Of a stretch of 32,000 nt of DNA, positions 20,619-31,011 are shown one piece after another. Each line of letters starts with the position of its first letter. Positions within the stretch are counted from its first letter, which is position 1. The stretch is taken from contig NC_002528.1 of NCBI RefSeq assembly GCF_000009605.1, positions 450,001 through 482,000 on the forward strand, written 5' to 3'. Source of the DNA: Buchnera aphidicola str. APS (Acyrthosiphon pisum). Its GTDB lineage: Bacteria > Pseudomonadota > Gammaproteobacteria > Enterobacterales > Enterobacteriaceae. The translations under genes were made by a program, and so were the position numbers. Below the pieces are notes generated by a model. The model worked only from the letters and a program-made list of their open reading frames with translations, was not told where the DNA came from and made no database searches.

Positions 20619-21236
20619 TTATCTATTTAAAATAAAATGCTTTTTATACGAACTATTTAAACTTAATTTCAATTTTTCAATACCAATTTTTTTATATGAC
20701 GAAAATAATATAATTTCAAAAGAATCCAAAAGAACGTTTAACTTTTTAAATACCATATCTGCTTGATTTTTTTGATGATTGATTTTTATTTTATCACATT
20801 TAGTTAACAGTACTAAAATAGAAATTTTTTTTTGAACAGCTATACTAATTATTTTTTGATCAAGTTTTTTCAGTGGATATCTGATATCCATTAAAAGCAC
20901 AAAAAGTTTAATTTGTTCTCGTTTTTCTAAATAATCATATACTTTTTTTTGCCATTTACTTCTAACTAATAAAGGCGCTTGAGAATAACCATATCCAGGC
21001 AAATCAACTATTCTAAAACCCGAAACTACTTCAAAAAAATTAATTAATTGAGTTCTACCGGGAGTTTTGCTGAAACGAGCTAATTTTTTCTGATTAGTTA
21101 ATGCATTGATGGCACTAGATTTACCTGTGTTAGAATAACCAATAAACGCAATTTCAATACCGTTTTGAATATCTATATCAGTTATTTTTGAATAACTTTT
21201 TAAAAAATTTGTTTTATTGTAATCTAATGAATTCAA
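20619..21236 (-). CDS. engB: Ribosome biogenesis GTP-binding protein EngB/YihA
   Basis: G1 GYSNTGKSS, G3 DLPGYGY and G4 TKCDK are present. It is collinear with E. coli EngB from residue 1. The start codon is TTG at 21236 with AGGA 7-8 nt upstream, and there is no in-frame ATG near the N-terminus. Confidence 0.9.
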   Translation of the reverse strand: MNSLDYNKTNFLKSYSKITDIDIQNGIEIAFIGYSNTGKSSAINALTNQKKLARFSKTPGRTQLINFFEVVSGFRIVDLPGYGYSQAPLLVRSKWQKKVYDYLEKREQIKLFVLLMDIRYPLKKLDQKIISIAVQKKISILVLLTKCDKIKINHQKNQADMVFKKLNVLLDSFEIILFSSYKKIGIEKLKLSLNSSYKKHFILNR

Positions 21237-21486
21237 AATTTAATCCTAGTCGTTAAATCTGCAAGAAAATTATTCAAATAAAAATTTAATTATTTTATAT
21301 GAAAAAATTTTTTAATTTAGAATTTTTACTCTAACTTCTGTGATTATAAAAGAAGTACTTTTTATACATACCCATAAAACTTAATATATAAAATGCTATT
21401 TCCGCATAATGAATCTCATCTTGTAATTCTATCCATAACCAGTCTGTAATACATCTATATTTTACTACTTTTTAAAAGGAAAAAAA

Positions 21487-23310
21487 ATGCATCATAGTAT
21501 AAGAAATATTGCCATTATAGCACATGTTGATCATGGTAAAACAACATTGCTTGATAAATTATTACAACAATCAGGAACATTTGAAGAACATGAAGAAAAA
21601 ACTGAAAGAATTATGGATTCTAATGATTTAGAAAAAGAACGAGGTATTACAATTTTATCAAAAAATACTTCAATAAAATGGAATAATTATAAAATAAATA
21701 TAGTTGACACTCCGGGACATGCTGATTTTGGAGGTGAAGTAGAACGTGTAATGTCTATGGTAGACTCAGTGCTTTTGGTGGTAGACGCATTAGATGGACC
21801 AATGCCGCAAACTCGGTTTGTAACTAAAAAAGCTTTTAAATATGGTTTAAACCCTATAGTTGTAATTAATAAAATTGATCGAATTCACTCTCGTCCTGAT
21901 TGGGTAGTAGATCAAGTTTTTGATCTTTTTGTTAATTTGAATGCAAGTGATGAGCAACTTGATTTTCCTATTATATATACATCTGCCGTTCTTGGAACCT
22001 CAGGGACAGATTATTTGAATATGCAAAATAACATGATTCCATTATATGAATCTATTATCAAATATGCTCCTGCTCCTAACGTTAATTCTGATCAAAAGTT
22101 TCAAATGCAAATCTCACAACTTGATTATAATAGTTATCTTGGAGTCATAGGGGTTGGACGTGTTAAACAAGGTTCTATTAAGACTAATGATAAAGTGACT
22201 ATTATTGATAGATTTGGAAAACATCGTAGTGGTAAAGTTAATAAAGTATTAAACTATTTTGGATTAAAAAGAATGGAAATCAATCAAGGATATGCTGGAG
22301 ATATCATTGCTATTACAGGTCTTAATAAATTAAAAATTTCAGATACAATTTGTCATCCAGATAATCTACAACCTCTTCCAGCATTAAGTATCGATGAACC
22401 TACTGTAAATATGTTTTTTTCAGTAAATACCTCACCTTTTTCAGGAAAGGAAGGGAAATATATTACATCTCGTCAAATTTTAGAACGATTAAAAAAAGAA
22501 ACCATGCACAATGTTGCTTTACAGATAAAAGAAACGAAGGATCCAAATATTTTTTCTGTATCTGGACGCGGTGAGTTACATTTATCTATATTAATTGAAA
22601 ATATGCGTCGTGAAGGGTTTGAGTTAGAAGTTTCCCGTCCTAAAATTATTTTTCGTGAAATTAATGGGATTCAAAAAGAACCTTTTGAAAACGTAACTTT
22701 AGATATAGAAGAAAAAAATCAAGGAAGTGTTATGCAATTTATAGGTATCAGAAAAGGGGAATTAAAAAATATGATTCCAGATTCAAAAGGAAGGGTGCGC
22801 CTTGAATATATATTATCTAGCAGAGCATTAATCGGATTTCGTTCGGAATTTATGAGTATAACTTCTGGAACAGGTCTGTGTTATTCATCTTTTAGTCACT
22901 ATGATAACCTCCAAAATAGCAATATTGGACAAAGAAAAAATGGAGTTTTAATATCGAATAGTACAGGTATGGCAGTAGGGTTTTCTCTATTTAATTTACA
23001 AGAAAGAGGAAAATTATTTATAGGACATGGCGCTCAAGTATATGAAGGACAAATTATAGGACTTCATAATCGTTCTAATGATTTAACGGTTAATTGTTTA
23101 ACTGGAAAAAAATTAACTAATATGAGAGCTTCTGGTACAGACGAAGCAATAGTTTTAACGACAGCAATTCATTTCACATTAGAAGAAGCAATAGGATTTA
23201 TCAACGATGATGAACTTGTAGAAGTCACGCCTCATTCTATACGAATACGTAAATTTTATTTAAAAGAAAATGAAAGAAAAAGAGCTAATCGTAATAAAAA
23301 ATCTATTTAA
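21487..23310 (+). CDS. typA: Translational GTPase TypA/BipA
   Basis: [23 protein letters not shown] and NKIDR are present. At 607 aa it is identical in length to E. coli BipA. An AAGGA Shine-Dalgarno lies 7 nt upstream. Confidence 0.96.
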   Translation: MHHSIRNIAIIAHVDHGKTTLLDKLLQQSGTFEEHEEKTERIMDSNDLEKERGITILSKNTSIKWNNYKINIVDTPGHADFGGEVERVMSMVDSVLLVVDALDGPMPQTRFVTKKAFKYGLNPIVVINKIDRIHSRPDWVVDQVFDLFVNLNASDEQLDFPIIYTSAVLGTSGTDYLNMQNNMIPLYESIIKYAPAPNVNSDQKFQMQISQLDYNSYLGVIGVGRVKQGSIKTNDKVTIIDRFGKHRSGKVNKVLNYFGLKRMEINQGYAGDIIAITGLNKLKISDTICHPDNLQPLPALSIDEPTVNMFFSVNTSPFSGKEGKYITSRQILERLKKETMHNVALQIKETKDPNIFSVSGRGELHLSILIENMRREGFELEVSRPKIIFREINGIQKEPFENVTLDIEEKNQGSVMQFIGIRKGELKNMIPDSKGRVRLEYILSSRALIGFRSEFMSITSGTGLCYSSFSHYDNLQNSNIGQRKNGVLISNSTGMAVGFSLFNLQERGKLFIGHGAQVYEGQIIGLHNRSNDLTVNCLTGKKLTNMRASGTDEAIVLTTAIHFTLEEAIGFINDDELVEVTPHSIRIRKFYLKENERKRANRNKKSI

Positions 23311-23363
23311 AATAACAAAACTATAAACTAAGAAATTAAAAAAATCAATATTATCTTTTTCAA

Positions 23364-23398
23364 TTATATAATTCTATTTATTCAATAGAATTATATAA
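23364..23398. terminator. Perfect 15-bp inverted repeat with 5-nt loop between convergent typA and gmk; candidate bidirectional terminator or RNA-stabilising hairpin
   Basis: ttatataattctatt (23364-23378), loop tattc, aatagaattatataa (23384-23398). The arms are exact reverse complements. No U-tract follows on either strand, so assigning it as an intrinsic terminator is tentative. Confidence 0.4.
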
Positions 23399-23432
23399 AA
23401 GTGTTCCTAAATTATGAAATAATTTTTAAAAA

Positions 23433-24056
23433 TTAACATTTTAACAAATTAGAAATCAGTAAATTATGTTTGTTCTTTTGATGAAATAAACACAAATGTT
23501 CGGCAGTAATAATTGTTATTAAATCATTTACTGCTTGTTTAAAATCATCATTAATAATTAAATAATCATATTCTGAATAATGTTGCATTTCATCTACTGC
23601 TTTTTCCATTCTATTTGCAATAACTGAATCACTATCTTGGCCTCTTTCTCTTAATCTTTTATATAATGTATCTTTAGATGGTGGTAACAAAAAAATACTT
23701 TTTGATTTTGGCATTTTACATTTAATTTGTTTAGCTCCCTGCCAATCAATATCAAGAAAAACATCAATCCCAGAAAACAGCATTTTTTCAATATATTTAC
23801 GCGAAGTTCCATAATAATTACTAAATACTTTCGCATATTCTAAAAAATATTCTTGTTTAATCATAATTTCAAATTCTTTTTTTGATATAAAATAATAATG
23901 TTTTCCATGTAATTCACCGGGTCGTATAATTCGAGTAGTATGAGAAATAGATACTCGAGTATTATATAAAGTTTTTGACTTTAATAATCCTTGAATTAAA
24001 CTTGATTTTCCTGTTCCACTTGGAGCAGAAATAATAAAAAGAATACCTTCAGACAT
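23433..24056 (-). CDS. gmk: Guanylate kinase
   Basis: From [19 protein letters not shown] (P-loop) the product is 207 aa, the same as E. coli Gmk. The 25 extra upstream codons in the track ORF (to 24131) have no family counterpart. Confidence 0.93.
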
Positions 24057-24155
24057 GATATTTTGAAAGACAGTTTTATCGAAAATTTTATAAAAAATAA
24101 ATGTTGTTTTTTTAAAACATAGAACATGCAAATAAAAAAATTTTTGTATTATTAT

Positions 24156-25115
24156 CTAATTTTTTATTAAAAAAATATTTTCAAACCCATGTATTCTGAA
24201 TAAATTATTTATATTTACAGATTTACGCAAAACTACTTGTATATAAATTTCTTCACACTTAACATGAACTATAGATAATAACACACCAACTTTAAACCAT
24301 TCACTATCAACTTTAGTTTCAATAAATGAACCAATTTTAGGAAAAATACTTCCTGTACTTACCAAAAAACATAAAAAATACTTATTTGTTTTTTTAAAAA
24401 ATATTCGTGCTATTGTTTCTTGTCCATAATAACATCCTTTTTTAAAGCTAATAGCTTTAAGATTATGTAAATTAATTGCTTGTGGTGTAAATTTGTTAGA
24501 ACATATTTTATCAATAACAGGAAGCCCTGCTTCAATATCTAATAATAACCATTGTTTACTATTGTTTAAAAATATATTTTGATTAATTTTTCTTTTTAAA
24601 GTTAAAAAATCTAAAAAAGGTAAAACTAATAAAAATCGTTCTGATGGTTTCTCATACCATAATATAGTTTTATTATCCTCATGAATTACTGGGCAACTTT
24701 GATTTGGTATTTTAACAAATAAGCTGGATAAAAATGATCTAACATTGCAACCTGCAAATCCTATTAAACAAATACTATTTAATTCACGAATTTTTATTTT
24801 CGAAAAAATGGAATACTTACAAATTTCTTTAATTTGAATTTGAGAAACACTTTTGCGTTGAATATAAGCATAACCTTTTTCATAATGAAACAAATGCATA
24901 GTACTCCATACTCTTCCATTAAAATTACAATGTGCACAAAGTGTGTGATGGGTCTTAAGCAGTAAATTTATATCAATAGTTAATTGACCTTGAAGATACT
25001 TTTTACTATCAATTCCTTCTACATAAGTTAAAGACCATTCTTCAAGAAGAATCATTGTTAATGATAATTCATTTGAAGGATAGATAATATTTTGTATCGA
25101 TATAAAGGATGGCAT
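24156..25115 (-). CDS. ygfZ: Folate-binding tRNA-modification / Fe-S cluster repair protein YgfZ
   Basis: The signature KGCYYGQE (KGCYxGQE) is present near the expected position. At 319 aa it compares with about 326 aa in E. coli. It is adjacent to prfB-lysS, as in E. coli. Confidence 0.85.
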   Translation of the reverse strand: MPSFISIQNIIYPSNELSLTMILLEEWSLTYVEGIDSKKYLQGQLTIDINLLLKTHHTLCAHCNFNGRVWSTMHLFHYEKGYAYIQRKSVSQIQIKEICKYSIFSKIKIRELNSICLIGFAGCNVRSFLSSLFVKIPNQSCPVIHEDNKTILWYEKPSERFLLVLPFLDFLTLKRKINQNIFLNNSKQWLLLDIEAGLPVIDKICSNKFTPQAINLHNLKAISFKKGCYYGQETIARIFFKKTNKYFLCFLVSTGSIFPKIGSFIETKVDSEWFKVGVLLSIVHVKCEEIYIQVVLRKSVNINNLFRIHGFENIFLIKN

Positions 25116-25284
25116 ATTTTATTTCCTAAAATAAATTAAATACAAACTACACAAAATTAAAATAAATGCACCTATCTAATTAAACAGATATAATAACAAT
25201 CTAATTTTAAACATTCGAAAAATACACCTTAAAAAGGTTAAAAAATTTTTAATCAAATTAAATTAACAGAAGAACTATAAAATT

Positions 25285-26383
25285 ATGATAGAAAATAATA
25301 TGACTACAAATCAAATTAACAGTCTTAATAGACGTGTACAAGATCTTAAGAGGTATCTTTGACTATAACAAAAAAAAATCCCGTGTTTTAGAAATTGATT
25401 TAGAATTATCATCACCTAAAACATGGACAGAACAGATATCTATAAAAAAACTTAATAAAGAAAAATATTTATTGAATTCTATAATTCAAAATATCAATGA
25501 AATCGAAGAAAACATTAAAGAAGTAGTTATTTTTTTAGAATTGGCAATAGAAACACAAGATAACCTAGTATTTAAAGAATCTTTATTAGAAATTCAAAAA
25601 ATAGAACAAGAAATAAAAAAACTTGAATTTTACCGTATGTTTTCAAAAAAAAATGACCACTACGACTGCTATATTGATATACAATCTGGATCCGGAGGTA
25701 CAGACGCACAAGATTGGTCTAAAATGTTACTAAGAATGTACTTAAGATGGGCTGATAAAAAAGGATTTCACACTGAAATTATTGATGAATCTATCGGTGA
25801 AATAGTTGGGATTAAATCATCTACTATTAAAGTAAGTGGAGAATATGCCTTTGGTTGGTTTAGAACAGAAACAGGCATACATCGTTTAATTAGAAAAAGT
25901 CCTTTTGATTCTGGAAAGAGACGTCATACTTCCTTTAGTTCAATTTTTATATATCCAGATATAAATGAAAAAATTGATATAAATATTAATTATTCTGATC
26001 TCAGAATTGACGTGTATAGAGCATCTGGAGCAGGAGGACAACATGTAAATAGAACGGAATCAGCTGTACGTATTACTCATTTGCCTACGAACATTGTTAC
26101 CCAATGTCAAAATAATCGTTCTCAACACAAAAATAAAGAACAAGCAATGAAACAAATGCAATCAAAACTATACGAAATACAAATGAGAAAAAAACAAGAA
26201 GAAAAACAAAAAATAGAACAAAATAAATCAGATATAACATGGGGAAATCAAATACGATCATATATATTAGATAACTCTAAAATAAAAGACCTTCGCACTG
26301 GAGTTGAAAAAAATCATGTTCAATCTGTTTTAGATGGCGATCTAGATGATTTCATTGAACAAAGTTTAATTATGGGGTTATGA
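25285..26383 (+). CDS. prfB: Peptide chain release factor 2, expressed via programmed +1 ribosomal frameshift at 25357-25361
   Basis: Frame 0 runs from ATG 25285 for 25 codons to an in-frame TGA at 25360-25362. The +1 frame continues from GAC 25361 to TGA 26381-26383. The joined product is 365 aa, with SPF (RKSPFDS) and GGQ ([19 protein letters not shown]) motifs. The shift site is AAGAGG TAT CTT TGA C. Confidence 0.93.
25348..25363 (+). promoter_or_regulatory. RF2 autoregulatory recoding site (internal SD-like AAGAGG, 3-nt spacer, slippery CTT, in-frame TGA followed by C)
   Basis: The sequence aag agg tat ctt tga c can be read directly. The layout is identical to the E. coli prfB site AGG GGG TAT CTT TGA C. 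Confidence 0.9.
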
Positions 26384-26392
26384 GGAATAAAA

Positions 26393-27913
26393 ATGTCTGA
26401 AATAGAAAAAAGAAATCATGGTGATTGTAATATTTTATACAAAGAAATAAAAAAAAGAGAACAAAAACTTGTTAATATGAAAAAAGAAGGATTTTCTTTC
26501 CCGAATAGTTTTAAAAAAAATACTACTTCAAGAAAAATTTATCAAAAATACCAAACAAAAAATAGAAATGAACTCATATCATTAAATATTGAAGTTTCCA
26601 TTGCTGGTCGTATGGTGCAAAGACGTATTATGGGAAAAGCTTCTTTTTTTACCTTGCAAGATATAGAAGGAAAAATACAAATTTATATAAATGAAAAAAA
26701 AATATCATCTGATTTTTATCGCTTTCACTTTAAAAAGTGGGATATCGGAGATATTTTGGGTGTGATAGGAACATTATTTAAAACTAAAACAGGTGAATTA
26801 TCTATTTATTGTAAAAATGTAACAATACTTAATAAATCATTAAAACCTTTACCAGACAAGTTTCATGGTTTATCTAATCAAGAAATACGTTATCGGAAAA
26901 GATATCTAGATTTAATTAGTAATAATAAATTATATAGTATTTTTAAAAATCGTTCTAATATTATCACAGCGATTCGTAATTTCATGATAGAAAATGATTT
27001 TTTAGAAGTCGAAACTCCAATGCTACAAAATATTCCTGGAGGAGCTAATGCTCGTCCTTTTATTACTTATCATAATGAAATTGATTCTCAAATGTATTTA
27101 AGAATAGCTCCTGAATTATATTTAAAAAAACTAATTATTGGGGGCTTTGAACGTATTTTTGAACTGAATAGAAACTTTCGTAACGAAGGAGTATCAGCTC
27201 GTCATAATCCAGAATTTACTATGATGGAAGCATACATTGCATATTCTAACTATGAAGATATGATGGAATTAACAGAAAATCTTTTTAAAAGTATTACAAA
27301 GTTTCTTTTTCAAGATAATAAAATTATATTCAACAACAATAATTTTGATTTCAGTCAACCATTTCGTAGATTAACTATGACAGATTCTATTCTTGAATTT
27401 AATTCAACTATTACCTCATCCGATTTAAAAGATTTTTATAAAATCAGAGAATTTGCAAAATCTATAGGAATAAAAGTAGAAAAAAAATGGGGTTGCGGCC
27501 AGATAGAAACTGAAATATTTGAAAAGACAGTAGAAAAAAAATTAATTCAACCAACTTTTATTACACAATACCCAGTAGAAGTTTCTCCATTGGCAAGACG
27601 TAATGACATAAATTTAAATATAACTGATAGATTTGAACTTTTTATTGGTGGATATGAAATAGGAAATGGATTTTCAGAACTAAATGATGTAGAAGATCAA
27701 AAAACACGATTTTTAAATCAAATTCAAAAATCAAATAAGGAAGATAATAAAAATCTATTTTACGATAAAGAGTATATAGAAGCGTTAAAATATGGTTTAC
27801 CTCCAACATCTGGATTAGGAATAGGAATAGATCGTTTAATTATGATATTAACTAATCAAATCAGCATTCGTGATGTAATTTTATTTCCAACACTTCGTCC
27901 ATTTAAAAAATAG
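26393..27913 (+). CDS. lysS: Lysyl-tRNA synthetase (class II)
   Basis: It has an OB-fold N-domain and the class II motifs (ELNRNFRNEG, GFSELND, GLGIGIDRLIM). The length is 506 aa. A GAGGA Shine-Dalgarno overlaps the prfB stop, giving a prfB-lysS operon arrangement as in E. coli. Confidence 0.96.
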   Translation: MSEIEKRNHGDCNILYKEIKKREQKLVNMKKEGFSFPNSFKKNTTSRKIYQKYQTKNRNELISLNIEVSIAGRMVQRRIMGKASFFTLQDIEGKIQIYINEKKISSDFYRFHFKKWDIGDILGVIGTLFKTKTGELSIYCKNVTILNKSLKPLPDKFHGLSNQEIRYRKRYLDLISNNKLYSIFKNRSNIITAIRNFMIENDFLEVETPMLQNIPGGANARPFITYHNEIDSQMYLRIAPELYLKKLIIGGFERIFELNRNFRNEGVSARHNPEFTMMEAYIAYSNYEDMMELTENLFKSITKFLFQDNKIIFNNNNFDFSQPFRRLTMTDSILEFNSTITSSDLKDFYKIREFAKSIGIKVEKKWGCGQIETEIFEKTVEKKLIQPTFITQYPVEVSPLARRNDINLNITDRFELFIGGYEIGNGFSELNDVEDQKTRFLNQIQKSNKEDNKNLFYDKEYIEALKYGLPPTSGLGIGIDRLIMILTNQISIRDVILFPTLRPFKK

Positions 27914-27978
27914 TTTTAATTGATTAATGTTTTTTTAAAGATAAATAAAAAAATTTTAGACTTTTAATGAGATATCAT

Positions 27979-29226
27979 ATGCCAAAACCTTTAAATAACA
28001 CTGAAAATAACTTAAATACTAACAGAATTAAAGATTTAATAAAAAAATATAGCCCTCCATTTTGGGTTTATGACGCCGATATTATCTATAAAAAAATTAA
28101 TTTGTTAAGAAAATTTGATGTGATTAGATTTGCTCAAAAATCTTGTTCAAATATTAATATACTGCGATTAATGAAAAATAAAAATGTCAAAATAGATGCC
28201 GTTTCATTAGGCGAAATTGAACGAGCCTTATTATCTGGATTTAAACCAAGTACAAATGAAATAATTTTTACTGCGGATATTTTAGACGAAGAGACTTTAT
28301 TGAAAGTAGCAAAATATAAAATACCAGTAAATGCTGGTTCTTTAGATATGTTAAAACAATTAGGAAAAATTTCACCAGGTCATCATGTTTGGTTAAGAAT
28401 TAACCCAAGATTTGGATACGGTCATAGTAAAAAAACTAATACTGGAGGGGAAAATAGTAAACATGGAATTTGGCATCCTGAGCAAGCAATACCAATTATA
28501 AAAAAATATAAATTAAAATTAATAGGCTTACATATGCATATAGGATCGGGAGTCAACTATTTGCATCTAAAAAAAGTATCTCAAGCTATGATTAAATATG
28601 CTTTTCAATTAAATCAAAAAATATCATCTATTTCTGTTGGTGGAGGATTACCTATACCCTATAAATTCAATGATCAACCTATTGATATAAAAAAATATTT
28701 TATGTTATGGGATATAGCAAGAAAGAAAATATCTAAATTTTTAGGAGAAAAAATTGAATTAGAAATTGAACCTGGAAGATTTTTGGTTGCAGAATCAGGC
28801 ATTTTAATTTCTAAAGTATGGGCTACAAAAAAAATGGGTAACAAAAATTTCGTTTTAGTAGATGTTGGGTTTAATGATTTAATGAGACCAACTATGTATG
28901 GTAGCTACCACCATATATCTGTTATTTATGGAGATGATAGGAAGATGAATGAAAAAGAGACTATTGATACTGTTGTCGCAGGACCTTTATGTGAATCAGG
29001 AGATATTTTTACGCAAAAAGAAGGAGGTACTGTTCAAACCAGAAAACTGCCTACTATAAAAGTAGGAGACTATTTAATTTTTCATGATACAGGAGCCTAT
29101 GGTGCTGCAATGTCGTCTAATTATAATACAAGACCACTTATTCCAGAAATTTTACTAAAAAATAATGATTCTATTGTTATTCGAAGACGTCAAACAATTG
29201 AAGAAATACTAAATCTAGAAAAATAA
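27979..29226 (+). CDS. lysA: Diaminopimelate decarboxylase
   Basis: PFWVYDADIIYKKI...FDVIRFAQKSCSNINILRLM contains the PLP lysine. HSKKTNTGGENSKHGIW, GGGLP and CESGD are also present. The start MPKPL at 27979 parallels E. coli MPHSL. An ATG 4 codons upstream (27967) is possible. Confidence 0.93.
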   Translation: MPKPLNNTENNLNTNRIKDLIKKYSPPFWVYDADIIYKKINLLRKFDVIRFAQKSCSNINILRLMKNKNVKIDAVSLGEIERALLSGFKPSTNEIIFTADILDEETLLKVAKYKIPVNAGSLDMLKQLGKISPGHHVWLRINPRFGYGHSKKTNTGGENSKHGIWHPEQAIPIIKKYKLKLIGLHMHIGSGVNYLHLKKVSQAMIKYAFQLNQKISSISVGGGLPIPYKFNDQPIDIKKYFMLWDIARKKISKFLGEKIELEIEPGRFLVAESGILISKVWATKKMGNKNFVLVDVGFNDLMRPTMYGSYHHISVIYGDDRKMNEKETIDTVVAGPLCESGDIFTQKEGGTVQTRKLPTIKVGDYLIFHDTGAYGAAMSSNYNTRPLIPEILLKNNDSIVIRRRQTIEEILNLEK

Positions 29227-29291
29227 AATTTTTTATAATAACTTATACATATGAAAATATTTTTTTAATCAAAGGATATTATATAAAATAA

Positions 29292-30137
29292 ATGTACATT
29301 TTTTTTCCTAAATTAAATCCTATAATTTTTACGATTGGTCCTGTATCTGCTCGCTGGTATGGTTTTATGTATGTTATAAGTTTTTTATTTGCTATGTGGT
29401 ATGGAAAAAAGTGCAGTATTAAAAATAAAAAAATATGGTACGAAAAAAAAATAGAAACATTATTATATTCTATTTTTTTAGGATCATGCATCGGAGGAAG
29501 AATAGGATATATTATTTTTTATAATTTTTCATATTATTCTCAAAATATGTTATCTGTATTTTATATATGGGAAGGAGGCATGTCATTTCATGGAGGATTA
29601 ATAGGTGCTATAATCGTCATGTCGTATTTTTCTTTTAAATATAAAAAAAAAATATTAGAAATATCTGATTTCATCACTCCACTAATACCTTTTGGTTTAG
29701 GCGCTGGTAGAATAGGAAACTTTATTAATAGTGAACTATGGGGTCGTGTATCACCCAATTTTTCATATGCAATGATTTTTCCCAATTCTCAAAATCAAGA
29801 TTTAAAAGAAATAAAAAAATATCCCGAATTACAACTATTATTAGATCAATACGGAGCATTGCCGCGTCATCCTACCCAATTATACGAATTTTTTTTAGAA
29901 GGGATTCTTCTGTTTTTTATAATTTATTTTTTTTCGAAAAAAGATAGACCAACAGGTAGTATTAGCGGTTTATTTTTAATTTTTTATGGATTATTTAGAA
30001 TATTTATAGAATTTTTTAGAGAACCAGATCCACAAATAGGACTATTAAAAAATATAATTACTATGGGACAAATATTATCACTTCCTATGATTATTGCTGG
30101 ATTAATTATTATGTATAAATCTTATTATAAAAAATAG
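29292..30137 (+). CDS. lgt: Phosphatidylglycerol-prolipoprotein diacylglyceryl transferase
   Basis: [30 protein letters not shown] and [18 protein letters not shown] match Lgt. It is followed by thyA, as in the E. coli lgt-thyA operon. Confidence 0.95.
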   Translation: MYIFFPKLNPIIFTIGPVSARWYGFMYVISFLFAMWYGKKCSIKNKKIWYEKKIETLLYSIFLGSCIGGRIGYIIFYNFSYYSQNMLSVFYIWEGGMSFHGGLIGAIIVMSYFSFKYKKKILEISDFITPLIPFGLGAGRIGNFINSELWGRVSPNFSYAMIFPNSQNQDLKEIKKYPELQLLLDQYGALPRHPTQLYEFFLEGILLFFIIYFFSKKDRPTGSISGLFLIFYGLFRIFIEFFREPDPQIGLLKNIITMGQILSLPMIIAGLIIMYKSYYKK

Positions 30138-30150
30138 ATTCCGAGGAATT

Positions 30151-30945
30151 ATGAAACAATACATCAAATTAATTAAAAAAATCATCAGGGTTGGAAACCA
30201 AAAAAAAGATCGCACAGGAACAGGAACTTTATCTATTTTTGGTTATAATATGAAATTTGATTTAAAAAAAGGTTTTCCACTTCTTACTACAAAAAAATGT
30301 CATATTGCATCTATCATCTACGAGCTTTTATGGTTTTTAAAAGGAGACACAAACATTTCTTATCTAAATGAAAATAAAATATCAATTTGGAATAATTGGG
30401 CAAATGAATCCGGAGATGTTGGTCCAATATACGGAAAACAATGGCGTAATTGGAGTACACCAGAAGGACACGAAATTGATCAAATAAAAAATGTATTAAT
30501 ACAATTAAAAAAAAATCCCGATTCCCGTAGAATGTTAGTTTCTAGTTGGAATGTTGGAGATATAGATAAAATGAGATTACCTCCTTGCCATGTTCTATTT
30601 CAATTTTATGTATTTAACAATACATTAAGTTGTCAATTGTACCAGCGTTCTTGTGATGTGTTTCTAGGACTACCTTTTAATATAGCTAGTTACTCAATAC
30701 TTATACACATGATAGCACAACAATGTGATTTAAAAGTTGGAGATTTTTTGTGGACAGGAGGCGATGTTCACTTATATAATAATCATATAGAATTAGCAAA
30801 AAAACAAATACTCAGAATACCTCGAACGCTTCCCAAACTAACCATCCTCAAAAAACCTCAGTCATTATTTCAATATTGTTTCGAAGACTTTAAAATTATT
30901 GGATATCATCCTTATCCTGCTATCAAAGGAGAAATATCTATATAA
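30151..30945 (+). CDS. thyA: Thymidylate synthase
   Basis: [11 protein letters not shown]...[12 protein letters not shown], the active-site motif LPPCH and [21 protein letters not shown] are present. At 264 aa it equals the E. coli length. A GAGGA Shine-Dalgarno lies upstream. Confidence 0.97.
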
Positions 30946-31011
30946 AAAAATAAAAGACTTGTATAAGAGATAATATTTTTTACAAATTAAATTGGATTAA
31001 TTTTTAAGCAT

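Noticed and set aside
21393-21449. 18-codon plus-strand uORF (MLFPHNESHLVILSITSL) upstream of typA
   Set aside because: It has no Shine-Dalgarno and no known typA leader peptide, and its size is consistent with chance. I kept it only as part of the low-interest spacer note.
23651-23836. 61-aa minus-strand ORF inside gmk in another frame
   Set aside because: It is an out-of-frame overlap with the well-supported gmk CDS and has no independent evidence.
25251-25322. Direct repeat AATCAAATTA(AATTA)ACAG at 25251-25269 and AATCAAATTAACAG at 25309-25322, flanking the prfB start
   Set aside because: It is a short, AT-only repeat with an indel. It could be a small duplication or chance, and I have no functional model or way to test its significance here.
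29279-29947. Three short ORFs (29279-29491 -, 29588-29785 -, 29738-29947 +) overlapping lgt
   Set aside because: All lie within or antisense to the conserved lgt CDS, and none has recognisable motifs.
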